DNA of 64,000 nucleotides from Chlamydiia bacterium (GTDB lineage Bacteria; Chlamydiota; Chlamydiia; Chlamydiales; GCA-2402025): NCBI GenBank assembly GCA_030427725.1, contig JAUICV010000002.1, positions 69,013 to 133,012 of the forward strand, read 5' to 3'. Shown piece by piece: positions 57,633 to 64,000 of this stretch (position 1 is its first letter; each line of letters starts with the position of its first letter). The notes under the pieces were generated by a model. It saw only the letters and a program-made list of their open reading frames with translations, ran no database searches and was not told where the DNA came from. The position numbers and the translations under genes were made by a program.

Positions 57633-58244
57633 TTAGTCCCAATATCCGCTTTGTCTTCTTTTTTTTGTCTGGGATGACTTTTGCTGTTTCTGTTCGCTTT
57701 GCCACCATCTTTTAGAAGAACTTTGATCTCCCTCGTCCTGATCATCGTCAGAATAGCTATTCCCTTGAGTTTCATCTGAGTCTTTGTCTTTCGTCTCATA
57801 GTCATACTTAGGCTTATTTCTTGAGCTTCCGCTATATTTTGATGAGTCTTTATAACGCATCTTTTTCTGCGTTGCAGAACTGCTTGTTTTTCCTCTTTGA
57901 TCTTTTAAAACCTCTTCAACTGCCATATCAGCGCTCATAGATTTTCTATATTTTCTACCTTGATCTGTTTCAAATAAGGCCATAGCTTCTGCTCTTTGCA
58001 TAGGAGAGAATTCATTTAAGAAAATTTGTCTATGAAGATCACTGAGCTGAGATGAAAATTGTTGCTCTTCACTCGTTAGCATAGAGCCTTTCATCGAACT
58101 ACTTTGAGATCCGTTTGTTGCTCCATTTTGGTTGCCCTTCATTCTATGCTCATATGGGCTGGTGGCTCCCATAACAGATAGGGCAGGTAGCAGCATTGTT
58201 GCTGCAAAAAATAGCCCTCTTTTAGTCAAACTTTGATTAAACAT
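57633..58244 (-). CDS. Hypothetical exported low-complexity protein (Ser/Lys/Gln/Asp-rich)
   Basis: The ATG at 58244 is preceded by agggaggg. Signal peptide MFNQSLTKRGLFFAATMLLPALSVMGA, with a highly charged C-terminal half. Confidence 0.55.
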   Translation of the reverse strand: MFNQSLTKRGLFFAATMLLPALSVMGATSPYEHRMKGNQNGATNGSQSSSMKGSMLTSEEQQFSSQLSDLHRQIFLNEFSPMQRAEAMALFETDQGRKYRKSMSADMAVEEVLKDQRGKTSSSATQKKMRYKDSSKYSGSSRNKPKYDYETKDKDSDETQGNSYSDDDQDEGDQSSSKRWWQSEQKQQKSSQTKKRRQSGYWD

Positions 58245-58422
58245 CTTTGATATACCCTCCCTCAAAGCTAAATTTTGAGCAAAACGCTTTTACTCTCTTA
58301 CTTTATACTATCAATTAAACTCGTACTTTTAAAATGTTTTTTAAAACAAAGCAAAACTAACCCTTAAGATTTAATTAAATTATCTGATGTAATAGTATAA
58401 CAAATAAGCGAGAGAAGGTTTT

Positions 58423-58920
58423 ATGCCAGAGAGACCTATAGAATGCTCTGATTGTAAATGTCAGACCAAAATTCTTTACACTGAGATAGATAAAGAAGCA
58501 TGCACATCCACTGAGATGTGTGAAAACTGTCCTGTATTAAAGGAAAAACTCTCTGGGAAAGCTTCAACTCCTTTAAACCAAGAGATTTGTTGCGCAAACT
58601 GCCAAACAAACCTCTCAATTGTCACATCTGCTAGCTCTTTTGGATGCTCTAGGTGTTATGAAGCTTTTGATCTACTTATCACTGAATACCTTACCTCAGA
58701 GAAGTGTCTCTATAAAAGCTACGAGAACCTACCAACTTGCTTTTATTTAGGGGACAAGACAGAAGAAAAGCCTCAAAATAAATTTTCTGAGGCATTAACA
58801 GACCTTAACGAAGCCTTATCTGAGGCATTAAAAAGTGAAAACTTCGAAAAGGCGGCTCTTCTTAGGGACCAAATCAACCAAATAATGGATGGATTAGATG
58901 GAACGCAGCTCTCTTCCTGA
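58423..58920 (+). CDS. mcsA: McsA-like protein (zinc-finger plus UVR motif; protein-arginine kinase activator)
   Basis: Paired CxxC motifs (CSDCKC..CENCP; CCANCQ..CSRCY) and a C-terminal UVR-like motif, FEKAALLRDQINQI. Lies directly upstream of mcsB and overlaps it. Confidence 0.75.
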   Translation: MPERPIECSDCKCQTKILYTEIDKEACTSTEMCENCPVLKEKLSGKASTPLNQEICCANCQTNLSIVTSASSFGCSRCYEAFDLLITEYLTSEKCLYKSYENLPTCFYLGDKTEEKPQNKFSEALTDLNEALSEALKSENFEKAALLRDQINQIMDGLDGTQLSS

Positions 58921-59974
58921 GAAAATTTTAAGCCATTTACCCTGGGATAAAAATAGTAGCTCGTTATGGCCTCTATCGTCTTTCACGCTTAGAAGAAATA
59001 TATCTGGATGGAATTTCCCTTCTAAATTATCAAAAGACAGCTCAAAGCAGATCTTTGATCTAGTTTCAAGCTCTCTAAAAAAGATGGATCTTTTTTCTGA
59101 AGCTTTAGTAATAGACTTATCAAAAGCCACACAAGAAGAGAGGATTTATGTTTTTGAGCATTTTTTCTTAGCCGATGACATGTCTCTATGTGATATCTAT
59201 CAAGCTTTGATTATAAGCCCTGATTGTACAGCTATCGTTGGGGTCAATTTATCTGATCACCTGATCATTCATTGTATCGACTCAAAAAATACATGGCATG
59301 AAACTCTTGCAATGTGTTTTGAAATTGAAAAGCATCTGTCTAAGGATTTAGAGTTTAGTTTTTCTAAAAAATATGGATACCTTTTAAACAAGCCAAGTCA
59401 CACAGGGCTTGGTCTTTTTGTCAAAGCATACCTTCACCTTCCCCTGTTAATAGAAAAGGAAAACACCGATCTTTCGAATTTAAATGAAGATTCATTAATC
59501 AAACTATCCGCAATAACTCCACATAACGCAGAAGAGCAATCTTCAATATTTCATGGAGATTTACTTGTCTTAGAGGCGAATGTTCAGCTCGGTGTCTTCA
59601 AAGAGCAAGTTTTAAAAACTATATACAAAGAAGCAAATCGCCTTGTCGATTTAGAGAGCAGTTTACGAATTGATTTAAAAAGCCAAACCCCAAGTCTTAT
59701 TAAAGACAAGATTAGCAGAGCCTATGGCCTGCTAAAGCATGGTTATCAGATCCCAACGAGTGACGCTCTTGAGTCTTTAAGCTATCTCAAGCTTGGTATC
59801 GATTTAGGATTTGTAGAAGGGATAGAAGATTATCAAATCAACGACATGTTTTTTGTGAGCAGAAGATCTCATTTACTTTCTAAAGAGACAAGCTTTCTAT
59901 CACAAGATGAACTCTCTCAAAAAAGAGCCCAGTTTTTCCATGAAAAAATTCAAAATGCAAATCTGCGCTTTTAA
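58898..59974 (+). CDS. mcsB: Protein-arginine kinase McsB (ATP:guanido phosphotransferase family)
   Basis: NLSDHLIIHCI and HTGLGLFVKAYLHLP correspond to the phosphagen-kinase NEEDHLR and GTG.R motifs. 358 aa. Confidence 0.85.
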   Translation: MERSSLPEKILSHLPWDKNSSSLWPLSSFTLRRNISGWNFPSKLSKDSSKQIFDLVSSSLKKMDLFSEALVIDLSKATQEERIYVFEHFFLADDMSLCDIYQALIISPDCTAIVGVNLSDHLIIHCIDSKNTWHETLAMCFEIEKHLSKDLEFSFSKKYGYLLNKPSHTGLGLFVKAYLHLPLLIEKENTDLSNLNEDSLIKLSAITPHNAEEQSSIFHGDLLVLEANVQLGVFKEQVLKTIYKEANRLVDLESSLRIDLKSQTPSLIKDKISRAYGLLKHGYQIPTSDALESLSYLKLGIDLGFVEGIEDYQINDMFFVSRRSHLLSKETSFLSQDELSQKRAQFFHEKIQNANLRF

Positions 59975-59986
59975 CATTAAGAGAAT

Positions 59987-60014
59987 CCTCACCTTTTTAT
60001 GAAAAAAGGTGAGG
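59987..60014. terminator. Bidirectional terminator between the convergent mcsB and 60037-61473 genes
   Basis: cctcaccttttt / aaaaaggtgagg stem. A/T runs inside the arms give U-tracts on both strands. Confidence 0.6.
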
Positions 60015-60036
60015 TTAGTTTTGTGCTTAAAAAAGC

Positions 60037-61473
60037 TTACGATCTTTTAACCACTATTTGAAAGAGAACTGATCTTAACTGACCGCCAACTTTCACATAC
60101 ACGACAGAAGAAATCCCCAAATAATCTTCATCTTCTACAATCTTATAAGCTTTAAGATTTGTTGCAGCGTCTCCAATTATTTTGTCTGAAAGATTACTCT
60201 CAATATAGCTAGTTCCAGAAACATTAAATGAAGCCCCACTGTCACATACTCCTCTAATAACTTTTGCCCCGCTTGATCTTGGCTGGCCAGCTATTACAAA
60301 AACAGGTGACGCAGTAGCAATCCCCACTTGTGTTGGATTAAATGGAGCCTTAAAAGTTTGTGCCATAGTAACACTATTTTTATTCCCTCCAATAATATCA
60401 ATCGCTTTTTGCGTTTGATTTACTGTCTGAGCCACATATAAACTCGCTCCTGTTGAAGATACGCCATTTATGAAACTATTTCCCGTATCATCTGTTACAA
60501 TTTCCCCTGTATCAGTTATGTCTCCATCTCCAAATGATTGAATCATAGGATTTGGTCCAAGAGCATCTATCACTATTTTCCCATTTCCAATATCATCAAC
60601 ATAACCAATATTTACTTTCCCAGATGAATCTGAAGTTGTTTTTAGAGTCGATGCAACAACCCCATCTCCAACATCAGAAATAACCGATTCACTTCCATAT
60701 GACTTGCCAGCGCCGCTCTGCGTCTGAGCTTTAGCTTCCGATTCTGCGGAATACGTCACTGTCATTCCATTTGTTCCACTTGGGACCATTCCAGATAACC
60801 CCTCGCTTGCATCTATAACGCCTTTTACTTCAACGTATCTTCCACCTCTGAACCTAAGCGCTTGGATATTTCCAGCTGTATCTTGATGACAAACAATCAC
60901 ATCTTTTTGATAAGTTGTTGCCACTTGAACTTTTGCTGTGTTTTTAAACACTGCCGGAAGAGCTATCTTTGTAAGAGCAATTCCAGCACTCCCTTTGAGA
61001 TCTGTAAGTTTTACATCATATACAACTAACTTTTTAGTATTATCTGCGAAAGCCATTAATTGCTTGCCTTTGGCATAATTCACAATTCCCAGTGTTTGAG
61101 CTGCCCCTGTTGATGAGAAATAACCCTCTTCACTAACTGTTTTACGTTGAAAAGTTCTTCCATTTTGAAAACTTACTAATACCTCTATAGTTCCTTTCTT
61201 TTTTTCAGTATAAAGTGAAAAAGCAGAAACTAATGCCTTTTTACCTTTGTCAATTGTGGAATCTGCAATTTCACCTACGTTTGTTTGAAACAAGTTGCCT
61301 GCTGTTTTTTTTGATCCTACAGGGAAGTTTTCAAACGTTTCACCTTCAGGAAGGGTTATTAGACTACCCACCACATTAACAGTGTCAATTGGCACTTCTG
61401 TGGCATTACTAATATTACTTACTGTCATAACAGCTAATGCCAAGAGATAAGGCTTTAAATTCTTAAAATTCAT
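60037..61473 (-). CDS. Hypothetical secreted protein (Gly/Ser/Thr-rich, beta-rich)
   Basis: Signal peptide MNFKNLKPYLLALAVMTVSNISNA. No recognisable motif. Confidence 0.55.
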   Translation of the reverse strand: MNFKNLKPYLLALAVMTVSNISNATEVPIDTVNVVGSLITLPEGETFENFPVGSKKTAGNLFQTNVGEIADSTIDKGKKALVSAFSLYTEKKKGTIEVLVSFQNGRTFQRKTVSEEGYFSSTGAAQTLGIVNYAKGKQLMAFADNTKKLVVYDVKLTDLKGSAGIALTKIALPAVFKNTAKVQVATTYQKDVIVCHQDTAGNIQALRFRGGRYVEVKGVIDASEGLSGMVPSGTNGMTVTYSAESEAKAQTQSGAGKSYGSESVISDVGDGVVASTLKTTSDSSGKVNIGYVDDIGNGKIVIDALGPNPMIQSFGDGDITDTGEIVTDDTGNSFINGVSSTGASLYVAQTVNQTQKAIDIIGGNKNSVTMAQTFKAPFNPTQVGIATASPVFVIAGQPRSSGAKVIRGVCDSGASFNVSGTSYIESNLSDKIIGDAATNLKAYKIVEDEDYLGISSVVYVKVGGQLRSVLFQIVVKRS

Positions 61474-61550
61474 TAATTTTTCCTCCCAATCGAATTAAAA
61501 GATAAGAATCATATTTAAAAGAGAAACCATGCTTTGTGTCAAAAAAAATA

Positions 61551-61775
61551 TTAAATAGTTTTGTGGAAGGCTATCAGAATTTTTTTCTTAGCTCCTTTAA
61601 AACTTTCCAAAACATACCAAAAAAGCCCCATGCCAAGAGCTGCTGCAATTGGGGATAAAACATAGCTCCAAGACGGCACGCCATAAGCTGTTATGACAAG
61701 ACTTATCAAAAGCAAAGTAACTTTTGTTTTCATCGAATCTTCTAGTTTTAGGCATAAATTCATAAAGGCTCCCAT
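61551..61775 (-). CDS. Small hypothetical membrane protein (start uncertain)
   Basis: Two hydrophobic helices. Several in-frame Met codons could be the start. Confidence 0.35.
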   Translation of the reverse strand: MGAFMNLCLKLEDSMKTKVTLLLISLVITAYGVPSWSYVLSPIAAALGMGLFWYVLESFKGAKKKILIAFHKTI

Positions 61776-61837
61776 CAGAATTTCAAAAAGGAAATTACAA
61801 ATAGAATTCTTTTTTTACTACAGCTTTTTATGTTAGA

Positions 61838-63220
61838 ATGAGCTTATTAAATGCTTTTTGGGAGCTCTTTTTGAACCAGCTAAATCTATCAGGAATCCTG
61901 TTACTAGGCGGTAGTGGCAAACGATTTTCACCATCATTTCCTAAACAGCTTCTCAAGCTTTCTGGAAAATCTTTATACCTCTATGCCCTAGAATCTTTTT
62001 TAAAAAGCTCTTTGTTTCAAGAGATTATCTTAGTGTGTCATTCAAATTGGATCTCATCTATTGAGTTAGACATAAAACCATACGAAGATCTTTTTCCCTC
62101 TACTACAATTCGGATCATACCTGGTGGACAAACCCGCCAAGAATCTTCCTATAAAGGTATTATAAACGCTTGTCATGATTACGTAGTTATTCACGATGGT
62201 GTAAGACCTTTTGTTTCAGAAAAAATCCTACAAGAAAATGTCAAAGCGCTGAAGACCTTCAAGGCTGTTGATACTTGCATCCCCTCCCAAGACACTCTAA
62301 TAAAGAAACGAAATGAACACCTTATCGATTTCATTCCTGATCGCAAGGAGTTTTTACGAGGACAAACGCCGCAAAGTTTCCAAAAAGAGCTTATTTTAAG
62401 AGCCCATCAAAAAGCTCTTGAAAATAAGATTACAGATGCAACAGATGATTGTCAGTTAGTTCTTCCTTTAGGTGAAGCTGTATATATTGTTGAAGGCTCT
62501 GAGAAAAACATTAAAATTACTACGTCATTAGATCTGTTTTTTGCAGAGCAGCTTCTAAAAGCTAATGTCTTTAACTTAGATAACAATATAAATGGTTCTA
62601 TAGAAGGGAAAACCTACGTCGTCACGGGAGCTAGTGGCGGGATTGGTCAAGAGATTTGTAAACTATTAGAACAAGAAAACGCAATGGCTATCAAGCTGTC
62701 ACTAAGCTCTAAAGACTATCCTGTAGACCTCTCAAACTCTCACGCAGTTTCAAAAGTTTTTAAGGAGTTACAAGCTAAACACAAAACCTTTGATGGGCTG
62801 ATAAACTGCATAGGATATTTAAAAGTATCTCCTTTCAGGAGCCTTTCTCATGAAGAAATAAGCGCTCAAATCTCTAAAAATTTCACAGCAATTGCCTATG
62901 CGTGCCAATTATGCCCTTTAGAAAAGTCTTCACATATAGTGAATTTAGCATCGTCAAGCTTTTCAAAAGGCAGAAAAAACTACGCAATTTACTCAGCAAT
63001 GAAAGCGGCTTTAGTCAACTTTTCGCAAGCTCTAGCAGAAGAGCATCCTGATCTCTTTATCAATACAGTCGTCCCTCCAAGAACAAATACTCCCATGCGG
63101 CACAAAAATTTCCCTGGTGAAGATCTTTCGACCCTTTTAGATCCTAAACAAGTTGCTCGAAAAATTATAACCATTTTGAAATCGTCATCACTATCTGGAA
63201 TGACAATAGAAATAAACTAA
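61838..63220 (+). CDS. Bifunctional IspD/TarI-family cytidylyltransferase fused to a short-chain dehydrogenase/reductase (Bcs1-like)
   Basis: N-terminal half: LLLGGSGKRF...PKQLL, GGQTRQES, VIHDGVRPF, RGQTPQSF, NIKITTSLDL. C-terminal half: VTGASGGIGQEI, INCIG, and YSAMK (YxxxK). Confidence 0.8.
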   Translation: MSLLNAFWELFLNQLNLSGILLLGGSGKRFSPSFPKQLLKLSGKSLYLYALESFLKSSLFQEIILVCHSNWISSIELDIKPYEDLFPSTTIRIIPGGQTRQESSYKGIINACHDYVVIHDGVRPFVSEKILQENVKALKTFKAVDTCIPSQDTLIKKRNEHLIDFIPDRKEFLRGQTPQSFQKELILRAHQKALENKITDATDDCQLVLPLGEAVYIVEGSEKNIKITTSLDLFFAEQLLKANVFNLDNNINGSIEGKTYVVTGASGGIGQEICKLLEQENAMAIKLSLSSKDYPVDLSNSHAVSKVFKELQAKHKTFDGLINCIGYLKVSPFRSLSHEEISAQISKNFTAIAYACQLCPLEKSSHIVNLASSSFSKGRKNYAIYSAMKAALVNFSQALAEEHPDLFINTVVPPRTNTPMRHKNFPGEDLSTLLDPKQVARKIITILKSSSLSGMTIEIN

Positions 63221-63256
63221 CTGTGGATAATACTTAGAGAGATGTAAAAAAAGAAA

Positions 63257-63329
63257 TGAGGCTTGAAGGGCTCGAACCTTCGACCCTCTCCTTAAAAGGG
63301 AGATGCTCTACCAACTGAGCTAAAGCCTC
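63257..63329 (-). tRNA. tRNA-Lys (anticodon UUU)
   Basis: Folded by hand. Acceptor GAGGCTT/AAGCCTC, D arm GCTC/GAGC, anticodon stem TCTCC/GGAGA with loop CTTTTAA, T arm GAAGG/CCTTC with loop TTCGAGC. CCA is not encoded. Confidence 0.9.
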
Positions 63330-63338
63330 ATTTACATT

Positions 63339-63413
63339 TGACCCCAAGGGGATTCGAACCCCTGTTGCAAGAATGAAAATCTTGTGTCCTAGGCCTGACT
63401 AGACGATGGGGCC
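63339..63413 (-). tRNA. tRNA-Glu (anticodon UUC)
   Basis: Folded by hand. Acceptor GGCCCCA/TGGGGTC, anticodon stem CAAGA/TCTTG with loop TTTTCAT, T arm AGGGG/CCCCT with loop TTCGAAT. Confidence 0.9.
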
Positions 63414-63469
63414 AATATTCTCATTCGAAAGTGCACTCATTGTAATAAGAGTGCCGAATTTATTTCAAG

Positions 63470-64000
63470 CTATACTTCCATGATATCTTTTTCTTTTTCA
63501 GAAAATAGCTGATCTACCTCTTTACAGAACTTATCAGTGAGCTCTTGAATCTGTTTTTCAAGCTTTTTCATCACATCTTCTGTAATTTCCATGTCAGCTT
63601 TTTGTTTTCTAGCTAGCTCATTACCTTTTCTTCTTATTTCCCTTATTTGGACCTTAGCTTCTTCGGCTTTTTTCTTACCTTGCTTGACCGTTTCCTTTCT
63701 TATTTCTTCAGTAAGAGGAGGAACTGGAACTCTAACAATAGCTCCTTCTAAGATAGGCTGAAGATTTAAATTAGCTTTTTCTATTCCCTTAGAAATAGGC
63801 CCTGCAACTTGAGGATCAAAAGGCGTAACAATAAGCTGCCTTCCTTCCGATACGCTAACTTGCCCAAGTTCTTTGATTTTCATCTCGGTCCCATACACCT
63901 CAACTAAGACGGAATCTAGGATCGAAGGATTTGCTCTCGAAGAGCGTAAATTTCTAAGTTCTACTTTAAAATGCTCGATAGCACTTTTCATTTTGGATTC
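63470..64000 (-). CDS. frr: Ribosome recycling factor (5' end probably beyond the window edge)
   Basis: LRSSRANPSILDSVLVEVYG, QLIVTPFD and LNLQP motifs. The frame stays open upstream of the Met at 63991 to the window end, and RRFs usually carry about 10 more N-terminal residues. Confidence 0.88.
   Translation of the reverse strand, partial: ESKMKSAIEHFKVELRNLRSSRANPSILDSVLVEVYGTEMKIKELGQVSVSEGRQLIVTPFDPQVAGPISKGIEKANLNLQPILEGAIVRVPVPPLTEEIRKETVKQGKKKAEEAKVQIREIRRKGNELARKQKADMEITEDVMKKLEKQIQELTDKFCKEVDQLFSEKEKDIMEV

Noticed and set aside
58423-59974. The mcsA-mcsB pair without an adjacent ctsR or clpC, considered as a novelty.
   Set aside because: A stand-alone arginine-kinase-like gene with its zinc-finger/UVR partner is a known conserved feature of Chlamydiae genomes.
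1-64000. Search by eye for CRISPR arrays, IS elements or transposases, integrases, phage genes, toxin-antitoxin pairs, restriction-modification or other defence-system genes, and rRNA.
   Set aside because: None found. The only repeated DNA I could see is the paralog-derived similarity at 27706-29990 and 36300-39130.

Overview
AT-rich (by eye under 40% GC), densely coding bacterial chromosome segment. No rRNA, CRISPR array, transposase, integrase or prophage genes were seen. Several features together point to phylum Chlamydiae, probably outside the Chlamydiaceae. These are a sctJ / CT560-like / sctL / sctR / sctS / sctT type III secretion sub-cluster in the Chlamydia gene order, an mcsA-mcsB pair, four tandem MOMP-like beta-barrel genes, and sufBCDS. 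The lineage call is inference; no search was run.

Housekeeping content:
- gpmA, acs, rluB, a PhoU-like/PiT pair, glgP, and a P1B heavy-metal ATPase.
- An rmlC-rmlD-rmlB-kdsB operon, pgeF/yfiH, gabD, a CPBP protease, rsmB, tRNA-Lys(UUU), tRNA-Glu(UUC) and frr.
- An 11.5-kb operon with every step of de novo UMP synthesis (carA, carB, pyrB, pyrI, pyrC, pyrD, pyrE, pyrF), with two glycosyltransferase genes coupled into it.

Most interesting observations:
1. Two tandem mosaic paralogs directly upstream of the T3SS operon. They share a His/Asn-rich N-terminal module and a related tail but have unrelated cores.
2. A small tail-anchored protein with a RING-H2-like Cys/His pattern.
3. A promoter, a 17-codon leader ORF and an intrinsic terminator immediately upstream of carA, resembling a pyrBI-type attenuator.
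4. The MOMP-like array, including a 62-nt perfectly conserved 3' UTR on two diverged paralogs, and an orphan promoter-to-terminator unit that could be an sRNA.
5. A repeat-rich protein with a K5 NLS-like tract.
6. A Bcs1-like cytidylyltransferase-SDR fusion.

All calls come from reading the sequence and ORF track by eye. No searches, folding or statistics were run.
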